Source: Escherichia coli
GTDB taxonomy: Bacteria; Pseudomonadota; Gammaproteobacteria; Enterobacterales; Enterobacteriaceae
DNA length: 64,000 nucleotides
Direction: 5' to 3' (one strand)
NCBI RefSeq assembly: GCF_029227855.1
Contig: NZ_CP074356.1
Made by a program: the position numbers and the translations under genes. Position 1 is the first letter of the stretch, and every line of letters starts with the position of its first letter. The notes beneath the pieces were generated by a model. It was not told where the DNA came from. It saw nothing but the letters and a program-made list of their open reading frames with translations, and did no database searches. Positions 27,337-35,941 of this stretch are shown one piece after another.

Positions 27337-28362
27337 ATGAAAGTATCAACTCTTGGTATCGACTTGGCAAAGAACGTTTTTCAGCTTCATGGTGTCGATC
27401 ATGAAGGCCATACTATTTTGCGTAAAAAGCTCACCCGGGCTAAGTTTGTTCAGTTTGTGATTCAACTGGAACCTTGTCTGATTGGCATGGAAGCCTGCTC
27501 ATCCAGTCATTATTTTGCGCGATTATTCACCCGCTATGGTCATGAGGTAAAACTCATACCTCCGCAGTATGTGAAGCCTTATGTGAAAACGAACAAGACG
27601 GATGCAGCAGATGCTGAAGCAATCTGCGAAGCGGTAACCCGTCCGAATATGCGTTTTGTTCAGATAAAAACCGAAGAGCAGCAGGCCGTTTTAGCGTTAC
27701 ACACTGAACGGGGAATACTTATCCGTGAGCGGATTGCCTGTGCCAATAGTTTAAGAGCCACACTTGCTGAGTTTGGTATTACGATTGCGGCCGGACAAAA
27801 CCATTTAACCCGTGAGCTGCCAGCCATTCTGGAGGATGGCGAAAATGGTTTATCTCCCTTTGTCAGAACCAGCATCTACAGACAGTCTAAACATATCCGG
27901 GAACTTGAAGAACAAGTTAAACAGGTAGAAGAAGCTCTGGCCTCCTGGTATAGAACGCAGGAAGCCTGCCAGAGAATGGCCAAGATCCCGGGGGTTGGCA
28001 TGCTAACGGCCACTTATGTGGTAGCAGCAGTGGGTAATGCCCGACAATTCAGTACCGCAAAGCAGTTCGCTTCATGGCTGGGGCTGACACCAAAGGAACA
28101 TTCCAGCGGCGGGAAACAGCAACTGGGAGGGATCAGCAAACGTGGAGATGGATATTTCCGATACCTGCTGGTTCACGGCGCACGCGCACTTACCGCCTGG
28201 GTCAACCGAAACGGCGCGGTTGAGGAGAATTCCTGGCTTCAGGGACTCCTTGAGCGGAAGCACTACAATGTAGCTGTTGTCGCCATGGCGGCAAAAACAG
28301 CGAGGATCATGTGGTCAATATTGTCACACAATACTGAATATCAACCTCGGCAGCTCGCCTGA
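27337..28362 (+). CDS. IS110-family transposase/recombinase (DEDD RuvC-like N-domain plus C-terminal Ser domain)
   Basis: 341 aa; N-terminal GIDLAK, GMEACSS, DAADAEAI and C-terminal SSGG...GGISKRGD motifs typical of IS110/IS1111 transposases; resembles IS4321/IS5075 more than IS621. Confidence 0.9.
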   Translation: MKVSTLGIDLAKNVFQLHGVDHEGHTILRKKLTRAKFVQFVIQLEPCLIGMEACSSSHYFARLFTRYGHEVKLIPPQYVKPYVKTNKTDAADAEAICEAVTRPNMRFVQIKTEEQQAVLALHTERGILIRERIACANSLRATLAEFGITIAAGQNHLTRELPAILEDGENGLSPFVRTSIYRQSKHIRELEEQVKQVEEALASWYRTQEACQRMAKIPGVGMLTATYVVAAVGNARQFSTAKQFASWLGLTPKEHSSGGKQQLGGISKRGDGYFRYLLVHGARALTAWVNRNGAVEENSWLQGLLERKHYNVAVVAMAAKTARIMWSILSHNTEYQPRQLA

Positions 28363-28640
28363 CACAAGGTCAGTCAATCTGACGAGGTGCTGAAAAAAAG
28401 TTAACGTCCTGGTAGGTGCAAGTGACTTCAGAAGATGGCAAAACAGGTAAGACCGCAGGCAGGATACACCGAGAGGTAACAAGGGCAAGTTAGCCCGTAG
28501 AGGATGATTGGTACCTGCCTGGCGGATTTCATCATGGTTCGGGATAAAAATCCCATCAGAAACCGGATATATGGCTGCACCTACCCGTTTTATTACATAA
28601 CTGAAGAAAGCATTGCATTCCGGGAGCGTCCATATATGTT
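28363..28640 (+). ncRNA. Candidate IS-encoded guide (bridge/seek) RNA in right-end non-coding region
   Basis: IS1111-group elements encode their guide RNA downstream of the transposase; region has no ORF and several short stems (gtcagtcaatctgac); extent is guessed. Confidence 0.3.
28623..28633. repeat. Right subterminal inverted repeat of IS element
   Basis: ggagcgtccat, reverse complement of 27258..27268. Confidence 0.5.
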
Positions 28641-28863
28641 ACCTCGCGCCCGACCCGGTAGCCGTAAGGGATAAGCCGAGGGCACCGCGCAGCGGCGATT
28701 TTGTTCGCCAGAGCCCGGGGGGGCAGGGGGCGGCGGCGATTGGTCGCCCCCTGCGCGCTCCCTGCGCCAGTGATTATATGAAGCAATGCACATGACAGGA
28801 GCGCAACAGGATGAGAGACTGAAATATTCTCGTTATTTTCGGATCTGATGACATTAATTAATT

Positions 28864-28947
28864 TTAAAATATCATCTTAAATACGCCAGTCACCACCAGT
28901 AGCCCAATCAGGAAAATAATCAATACAGCCCAGAGTATAATTTTCAT
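28864..28947 (-). CDS. yohP: Small membrane protein YohP (27 aa)
   Basis: Minus-strand ORF MKIILWAVLIIFLIGLLVVTGVFKMIF, below the 60-aa cut-off of the ORF track. Confidence 0.7.
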   Translation of the reverse strand: MKIILWAVLIIFLIGLLVVTGVFKMIF

Positions 28948-29170
28948 TGGCGTTCCTTTATTTGTGAGTGCTGAATAAGTATAGGAAAAAACGAAGCCCT
29001 TTGCCGCTATCCATAAACGATTAAGATAAATCGGAAGATATCATTCACTTAGTGTATATTTTTCTGGATATGTCGTTTTATTGCCACTGATGTATTGCCA
29101 CGCGAAACTAAAAAATATATCGCAACACACGGTAATCTCCGCGCACCTTTTCTTACCTGATTATTCCCCC

Positions 29171-30607
29171 ATGAATCGTGATTTTTTTTATCCAGCCATC
29201 GCCTGTTTTCCGCTGTTACTGATGCTGACCGGGTGTGCGCCTATGCATGAAACCCGCCAGGCGTTAAGCCAGCAAACGCCCGCTGCACAAGTTGACACCG
29301 CATTACCCACGGCGCTGAAAAATGGTTGGCCAGACAGCCAATGGTGGCTGGAGTATCACGATAATCAACTCACTTCCTTAATTAATAACGCACTACAGAG
29401 CGCACCGGATATGCAGGTGGCTGAACAGCGCATTCAGCTGGCTGAAGCCCAGGCGAAGGCAATTGCCACTCAGGATGGTCCGCAGATCGACTTTTCTGCG
29501 GATATGGAGCGGCAAAAAATGTCTGCAGAAGGGTTAATGGGGCCGTTTGCTCTGAACGATCCTGCCGCAGGTACGACCGGTCCGTGGTACACCAACGGTA
29601 CTTTTGGCTTAACGGCGGGCTGGCATCTCGATATCTGGGGAAAGAATCGGGCGGAGGTTACTGCTCGCCTGGGTACGGTTAAAGCACGGGCGGCGGAACG
29701 CGAGCAAACCCGCCAATTGCTGGCTGGCAGCGTAGCCCGTCTGTACTGGGAGTGGCAAACCCAGGCGGCGTTAAACACTGTCTTACAGCAAATCGAAAAA
29801 GAGCAGAACACCATTATCGCCACCGATCGCCAGCTATATCAGAACGGGATTACTTCTTCAGTTGAAGGTGTGGAAACCGATATTAATGCCAGCAAAACCC
29901 GGCAGCAGCTCAACGATGTCGCGGGGAAAATGAAAATTATTGAGGCACGGTTAAATGCACTCACAAATCACCAGACAAAGGCATTGAAGCTTAATCCGGT
30001 CGCGTTGCCGAAAGTGGCAAGTCAGCTTCCTGATGAACTGGGGTACTCCTTACTGGCCCGGCGGGCAGATTTGCAGGCGGCGCACTGGTACGTTGAGTCA
30101 TCGTTAAGCACTATTGATGCGGCAAAAGCGGCATTTTATCCTGACATCAACCTGATGGCCTTCCTGCAACAGGATGCGTTGCACTTAAGCGATCTGTTCC
30201 GTCATTCCGCGCAGCAAATGGGCGTTACGGCAGGCCTGACGCTACCCATTTTCGATAGTGGTCGTCTTAACGCCAACCTCGATATCGCAAAAGCCGAAAG
30301 CAACTTGTCTATCGCCAGCTACAACAAAGCGGTGGTTGAAGCGGTGAATGACGTGGCGCGGGCAGCCAGTCAGGTTCAGACACTGGCGGAGAAAAACCAG
30401 CATCAGGCGCAAATTGAGCGCGATGCCTTGCGTGTAGTAGGTCTTGCGCAGGCGCGCTTTAACGCGGGCATCATTGCGGGTTCCCGCGTCAGCGAAGCCA
30501 GAATCCCCGCGCTGCGTGAGCGGGCCAATGGCCTGTTATTGCAAGGGCAGTGGCTGGATGCCTCCATTCAACTCACTGGTGCGTTGGGCGGGGGTTACAA
30601 ACGCTGA
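29171..30607 (+). CDS. mdtQ: Outer membrane efflux lipoprotein (OMF / NodT family) MdtQ, apparently intact
   Basis: ORF 29081..30607 trimmed to MNRDFFYP..; lipobox LTGC; two OEP-type repeats. Confidence 0.75.
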   Translation: MNRDFFYPAIACFPLLLMLTGCAPMHETRQALSQQTPAAQVDTALPTALKNGWPDSQWWLEYHDNQLTSLINNALQSAPDMQVAEQRIQLAEAQAKAIATQDGPQIDFSADMERQKMSAEGLMGPFALNDPAAGTTGPWYTNGTFGLTAGWHLDIWGKNRAEVTARLGTVKARAAEREQTRQLLAGSVARLYWEWQTQAALNTVLQQIEKEQNTIIATDRQLYQNGITSSVEGVETDINASKTRQQLNDVAGKMKIIEARLNALTNHQTKALKLNPVALPKVASQLPDELGYSLLARRADLQAAHWYVESSLSTIDAAKAAFYPDINLMAFLQQDALHLSDLFRHSAQQMGVTAGLTLPIFDSGRLNANLDIAKAESNLSIASYNKAVVEAVNDVARAASQVQTLAEKNQHQAQIERDALRVVGLAQARFNAGIIAGSRVSEARIPALRERANGLLLQGQWLDASIQLTGALGGGYKR

Positions 30608-30659
30608 TGATATGCGCCTTCTATACTTAACGTTTATTCAGCGTTAAGTGGAGAACTCG

Positions 30660-31421
30660 ATGGCACAGGTCGCGATTATTACCGCCTCCGATTCGGGGAT
30701 CGGCAAAGAGTGCGCGTTATTACTGGCGCAGCAGGGGTTTGATATTGGCATTACCTGGCACTCAGATGAATAAGGGGCAAAAGATACCGCGCGTGAGGTA
30801 GTTAGCCACGGCGTACGTGCGGAGATCGTGCAGCTGGATCTCGGCAATCTACCAGAAGGGGCACTGGCGCTGGAGAAACTCATTCAACGGCTGGGGCGTA
30901 TTGATGTGCTGGTGAATAATGCGGGCGCAATGACCAAAGCGCCGTTTCTTGATATGGCTTTCGATGAGTGGCGCAAGATTTTTACCGTTGATGTCGATGG
31001 TGCATTTTTATGCTCGCAAATTGCTGCCCGCCAGATGGTGAAACAAGGGCAGGGTGGTCGCATCATCAACATTACGTCGGTGCATGAACATACGCCGTTG
31101 CCGGATGCCAGCGCCTACACAGCCGCTAAACATGCGCTCGGCGGGTTAACCAAAGCGATGGCGCTGGAGCTGGTCAGGCATAAGATTTTGGTGAATGCGG
31201 TTGCACCTGGGGCGATCGCCACGCCAATGAACGGCATGGATGATGGCGACGTGAAGCCCGGCGCGGAGCCTTCGATTCCCTTGCGGCGTTTTGGCGCAAC
31301 GCATGAGATTGCCAGCCTGGTGGTGTGGCTTTGTTCGGAGGGCGCAAATTACACCACTGGGCAGTCGTTGATAGTGGATGGCGGCTTTATGCTGGCGAAT
31401 CCGCAGTTCAAGCCAGAATAG
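30660..31421 (+). pseudogene. yohF: Short-chain dehydrogenase YohF with in-frame ochre codon at codon 38
   Basis: ATG at 30660, Rossmann SDSGIGK motif, then TAA at 30771..30773; same frame continues as an SDR to 31421. Confidence 0.8.
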
Positions 31422-31459
31422 CGCAGTGAGGTGCGTGGTTATTTCAATGGGTAATATTT

Positions 31460-31545
31460 GGGTAGGCATGATAAGACGCACAAGCGTCGCATCAGGCATG
31501 GTGCACCGGATGTCGGATGCGGCGCGAACGCCTTATCCTAGGCAA
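31460..31545. repeat. Tandem REP elements
   Basis: gcatgataagacgca...gcgtcgcatcaggc and ccggatgtcggatgcggcgcgaacgccttatcc between yohF and yohD. Confidence 0.65.
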
Positions 31546-31550
31546 TGGTT

Positions 31551-32129
31551 TTACGCCTGATTATCCGGCTTTTTCTTCCCGCGCCGTTTCAGCCACCAGC
31601 GCACGCCTACCACCAGAACCACGACCAGAATCAACCAGACCCAGTGCTTCAAATGCTGGTCGAGATTGTGCAACCACGGCGCAATCACCTGACCACCAGC
31701 GTAACCGATAGTGGTAAAAATCAACGCCCAGGCAAATGCGCCAAGGATATTCAGTGGCAGAAAGATTTTCGGCGGCAGCTGGCTGGCACCAATCAGCGTC
31801 GGGCCAATGACCCGAAAGCCATACATAAAGCGCGTACCAATGACAAACAGATACGGATGGCGTTGGATAAGTTTCTGCGCCCGCTCAATTTTATCCTGAT
31901 GTTTCGAGAAACGGCGTAACAGCTTGCCGCCAAACCGCCGCCCGCACAGATAAAGCACCTGGTCGCCAATCATGCCGCCAAGCGCCACAGAAAGTACCAC
32001 CAGCGGGAACTTTAATAGCCCCTGATGTGCCGCAACGCCTCCCAGCAAAGTCACGGTTTCACCTTCCGCCAGGCTACCGATCACCAGCGCGGCATAACCA
32101 TATTGTGAGATGAGTGTATTGAGATCCAT
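31551..32129 (-). CDS. yohD: DedA-family inner membrane protein YohD
   Basis: 192 aa. Confidence 0.85.
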   Translation of the reverse strand: MDLNTLISQYGYAALVIGSLAEGETVTLLGGVAAHQGLLKFPLVVLSVALGGMIGDQVLYLCGRRFGGKLLRRFSKHQDKIERAQKLIQRHPYLFVIGTRFMYGFRVIGPTLIGASQLPPKIFLPLNILGAFAWALIFTTIGYAGGQVIAPWLHNLDQHLKHWVWLILVVVLVVGVRWWLKRRGKKKPDNQA

Positions 32130-32298
32130 AGGCCAGTCTGTCTCCCTTTAGTTGCCTGTAAGCATACACCCTGTGAATAGTTCACGCTGACAAAGGACAT
32201 ACATCAGACGCTGCAAATTACATGAGCGAACAAAAAATAATCACAAGCTGACTTATACTTGAACTGTCAGGTTCATGAACTCACAACAAGGGGGCGGT

Positions 32299-32886
32299 AT
32301 GAGCCATGTCTGGGGACTGTTTTCCCATCCCGATCGTGAAATGCAGGTGATTAATCGTGAAAACGAAACGATTTCTCATCACTACACCCACCACGTTTTG
32401 CTGATGGCGGCGATTCCGGTGATTTGCGCCTTCATTGGCACTACACAGATTGGCTGGAATTTTGGCGATGGCACTATTCTGAAGTTATCCTGGTTTACCG
32501 GACTGGCGCTGGCTGTCTTGTTTTACGGCGTTATGCTGGCTGGGGTCGCGGTGATGGGGCGGGTCATCTGGTGGATGGCGCGCAATTACCCACAGCGTCC
32601 GTCACTTGCGCACTGCATGGTCTTCGCGGGCTACGTTGCAACTCCGCTGTTTTTAAGCGGTCTGGTGGCGCTTTATCCGCTGGTCTGGTTGTGTGCGCTG
32701 GTCGGCACGGTGGCGCTGTTTTACACCGGCTACCTGCTTTATCTCGGTATTCCGAGCTTCCTGAATATCAACAAAGAGGAAGGCCTTAGCTTCTCCAGTT
32801 CGACGCTGGCGATAGGCGTGCTGGTGCTGGAAGTGCTGCTCGCCCTTACCGTTATACTATGGGGTTACGGTTATCGTTTGTTCTAG
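32299..32886 (+). CDS. yohC: Yip1-family inner membrane protein YohC
   Basis: ORF 32275..32886 trimmed to MSHVWGLFSHPD.. Confidence 0.8.
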   Translation: MSHVWGLFSHPDREMQVINRENETISHHYTHHVLLMAAIPVICAFIGTTQIGWNFGDGTILKLSWFTGLALAVLFYGVMLAGVAVMGRVIWWMARNYPQRPSLAHCMVFAGYVATPLFLSGLVALYPLVWLCALVGTVALFYTGYLLYLGIPSFLNINKEEGLSFSSSTLAIGVLVLEVLLALTVILWGYGYRLF

Positions 32887-33059
32887 AAAGTTCTTTTGTG
32901 TTGCATTGCTGGCGTAAATGTCAGCAATGCAGCATTTCCTCACGATTCTCCTTTGACGATCGCACTTTTTGCTCGTTATGATGGCGTCGCTAGCCTCAGT
33001 AAATCCTTACTCCGGCGGTGCGCAACCCGTGCGCGTGAACCACTATCTGAATGCTCATC

Positions 33060-33992
33060 ATGCCGAAATTTCGAGTTTCTTTATTTAGCCTGGCCCTGAT
33101 GCTGGCTGTGCCTTTGGCACCGCAGGCCGTTGCGAAAACGGCAGCCGCTACCACCGCTTCACAGCCGGAAATTGCCTCCGGTAGCGCGATGATTGTTGAT
33201 CTGAATACCAACAAAGTGATCTATTCGAACCACCCGGATCTGGTGCGTCCGATTGCGTCTATCAGCAAATTAATGACCGCGATGGTCGTGCTGGATGCGC
33301 GACTGCCGCTGGATGAAAAACTAAAAGTGGATATCAGCCAGACGCCGGAGATGAAAGGGGTCTATTCGCGCGTACGACTGAACAGCGAAATCAGCCGTAA
33401 AGATATGCTGTTGTTGGCGCTGATGTCTTCAGAAAACCGCGCGGCGGCAAGCCTTGCGCACCATTATCCCGGTGGTTACAAAGCCTTTATTAAGGCGATG
33501 AATGCGAAAGCGAAATCGCTCGGAATGAACAACACGCGCTTTGTTGAACCGACCGGATTGTCGGTGCATAACGTTTCAACCGCCCGTGACTTAACCAAAC
33601 TGCTCATTGCCAGCAAACAATATCCGTTGATCGGGCAGTTAAGTACTACCCGGGAAGATATGGCAACCTTCTCTAACCCGACGTATACGCTGCCATTCCG
33701 CAATACTAACCATCTGGTGTATCGCGATAACTGGAATATTCAGTTAACCAAAACCGGCTTTACCAATGCGGCGGGCCATTGTCTGGTGATGCGTACGGTT
33801 ATCAATAATAAACCGGTGGCGCTGGTAGTGATGGACGCGTTTGGCAAATATACCCATTTTGCCGATGCCAGCCGCCTGCGTACCTGGATTGAAACCGGTA
33901 AAGTGATGCCTGTTCCGGCAGCAGCGTTGAGCTATAAAAAACAAAAAGCCGCCCAGATGGCGGCGGCGGGGCAGACGGCACAGAACGATTAA
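33060..33992 (+). CDS. pbpG: D-alanyl-D-alanine endopeptidase PBP7
   Basis: ORF 33051..33992 trimmed to MPKFRVSLF..; SxxK (SISK) and SEN motifs. Confidence 0.9.
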   Translation: MPKFRVSLFSLALMLAVPLAPQAVAKTAAATTASQPEIASGSAMIVDLNTNKVIYSNHPDLVRPIASISKLMTAMVVLDARLPLDEKLKVDISQTPEMKGVYSRVRLNSEISRKDMLLLALMSSENRAAASLAHHYPGGYKAFIKAMNAKAKSLGMNNTRFVEPTGLSVHNVSTARDLTKLLIASKQYPLIGQLSTTREDMATFSNPTYTLPFRNTNHLVYRDNWNIQLTKTGFTNAAGHCLVMRTVINNKPVALVVMDAFGKYTHFADASRLRTWIETGKVMPVPAAALSYKKQKAAQMAAAGQTAQND

Positions 33993-34030
33993 ATGAATGA
34001 CGGATGGCGATACTCTGCCATCCGTAATTT

Positions 34031-35746
34031 TTACTCCACTTCCTGCCAGTTTTTCCGCTTACTGGTTTTACCGATCCCCGGATTCATGCTGTTGGTCGGA
34101 TCGTTCTCGCGATAAAACTTCTGCAACGTCTCCGGTGCTTTATACAAATGACCGACGTTATGCTCGGCAGGGTACTGCGCGCCGCGCTGCTGTAGCAGTT
34201 CCAGCATCTGTTCTTTCAACGCATGCACATCCACGCCTTTTTTAACGATGTAATCCTGATGGAAGACATAGCACATAAAATGGCCGTAATAGAGCTTGTG
34301 CACCAGCTGGCTGTCGATGTCCGGCGGTAAATGCTCATACCACTCGGTGTCGTTACGCCGCAGAGCGATATCCAGTGCCAGAATGTCTTCGACTTCATCG
34401 GAATGCACCGCCTGATAACGAATTGCTGCGCCCGCAGCGGCGAAACGGTGTAAAAACGCTTTGCTACCTTCCTCCGGCGTACAGACAAAGAAATCGCCTT
34501 CGGCCTGTTTGAAATAATCCACCAGCCACGATTTGGCTTCACCGACGCCATCGCCCGCCATTTTTAACAGCAGATGATGCTCGTATTTATCGCGCCAGTT
34601 TTTCATGCGCGGCGGTAAATGGCTGGGGAACAGGTGACCGAATTTTTGCATCGCACGGTCGGTAAAATGCGGACGGAAGAATTTCACTTTCTCCAGCATC
34701 GCATCGGTGCGCCCCTTGAGATTAAAGAAGAACGGCATCTTGTCGGTGCCTAACTTATCAATCATCAGGAAGGTGTCTTTGCCGTATTTTTCCGCAATAT
34801 CGTAGATATCCCGGTGCATATATTCCCCGGCAACCGGCAGATTTTCGAAATTAGCCAGAATATGACGGCGGATTTCGGTCAGCACTTCCGGCTGGTTGGT
34901 ACCGATATAAAACACCTGCTGATTTTTTTCCGCTTCGAAGGTATCAAGACGTACCGCAAAGACGGCCAGCTTCCCGGCGCAACCAGAAGATTCAAATAAC
35001 CGATCCGGATCGGCGTTATAACGTGCGGGCGTGTCGGCTTCAATATCACGAACGCGGTGGACATAGTCATAATCGTGGGCGTGACGACCATCGTGACGCA
35101 CATCGTCATCTTTGATGCGATCGTCATCCAGCTTGCTAAGGATCTGCTCCGGCGTTTCGCCGAGCTCAATCCCCAGATGGTTCACCAGCGTCAGCTTGCC
35201 ATCTTCATTTATACGCGCGAATAACGACATTTCGGTATACGCCGGGCCACGTTGCACCAGTGAACCACCAGAGTTATTACAGATACCGCCGATAACCGAT
35301 GCGCCTATACACGATGATCCAATCACCGAGTGCGGTTCGCGTCCCAGCGGTTTGAGGGCTTTTTCCAGCGAATAGAGCGTGGTGCCCGGATAGGCCAGCA
35401 CCTGTTCGCCCTTGCCAAGAACGTGCAGCTTGTCGAGACGCAGGGTGCTGATGATCACGATATCGCGATCATAGTCGTTACCGTTTGGCGTCGAGCCTTC
35501 GGTCAGACCTGTATTGGCAGCCTGCATCAGAATAATTTTGTCGGCGGTGACGCAGGCTTTCAGCACCCGCCACAATTCCAGTAGTGAGCCAGGGAAAACG
35601 ACAGCCAGTGCGTCGCCCTGACCAGAACGGAAGCCCTTGCGATAGCGGGCCGTTTTTGCGGGATCGGTGAGCAGGTGTGAAGAACCCACCAGTCGGGCAA
35701 GTTCATTCAAAAAGGCTTTATTATCAGTTGTTGTCATGGAAGACAT
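34031..35746 (-). CDS. dld: FAD-dependent D-lactate dehydrogenase
   Basis: ORF 34031..35779 trimmed to MSSMTTTDNK.. (571 aa). Confidence 0.95.
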   Translation of the reverse strand: MSSMTTTDNKAFLNELARLVGSSHLLTDPAKTARYRKGFRSGQGDALAVVFPGSLLELWRVLKACVTADKIILMQAANTGLTEGSTPNGNDYDRDIVIISTLRLDKLHVLGKGEQVLAYPGTTLYSLEKALKPLGREPHSVIGSSCIGASVIGGICNNSGGSLVQRGPAYTEMSLFARINEDGKLTLVNHLGIELGETPEQILSKLDDDRIKDDDVRHDGRHAHDYDYVHRVRDIEADTPARYNADPDRLFESSGCAGKLAVFAVRLDTFEAEKNQQVFYIGTNQPEVLTEIRRHILANFENLPVAGEYMHRDIYDIAEKYGKDTFLMIDKLGTDKMPFFFNLKGRTDAMLEKVKFFRPHFTDRAMQKFGHLFPSHLPPRMKNWRDKYEHHLLLKMAGDGVGEAKSWLVDYFKQAEGDFFVCTPEEGSKAFLHRFAAAGAAIRYQAVHSDEVEDILALDIALRRNDTEWYEHLPPDIDSQLVHKLYYGHFMCYVFHQDYIVKKGVDVHALKEQMLELLQQRGAQYPAEHNVGHLYKAPETLQKFYRENDPTNSMNPGIGKTSKRKNWQEVE

Positions 35747-35941
35747 TTTCCACTCCTTGTGGTGGCGAAAAAATATCACAAACTAGAATAGCGCCTTGTA
35801 TGACAATTCAGCGAGTGAATATTTTGAAAATTCAGACAATAAACTGAGCATTCTTTTTCTCTCTCCATCATGCTTATGGCAAACTACGGTTTTTGCACCA
35901 TTTTCGCTGCCTCGTCGGGCAACAGAGGAAGAAAAATCCAT

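Larger units (their letters stand above)
27250..28640 (+). mobile_element. IS110-family insertion sequence (IS1111-group-like organisation), boundaries approximate
   Basis: DEDD-type transposase ORF flanked by 11-bp perfect inverted repeats atggacgctcc (27258..27268) and ggagcgtccat (28623..28633); about 86-bp left end and about 270-bp right end; right boundary could lie as far as about 28790. Confidence 0.55.

Noticed and set aside
27337-28362. Naming the transposase as IS621, the characterised E. coli bridge-RNA element
   Set aside because: The N-terminus and length (341 aa) do not match what I recall of IS621, and the long non-coding region is on the 3' side, as in IS1111-group elements. 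It is left as unnamed IS110-family.
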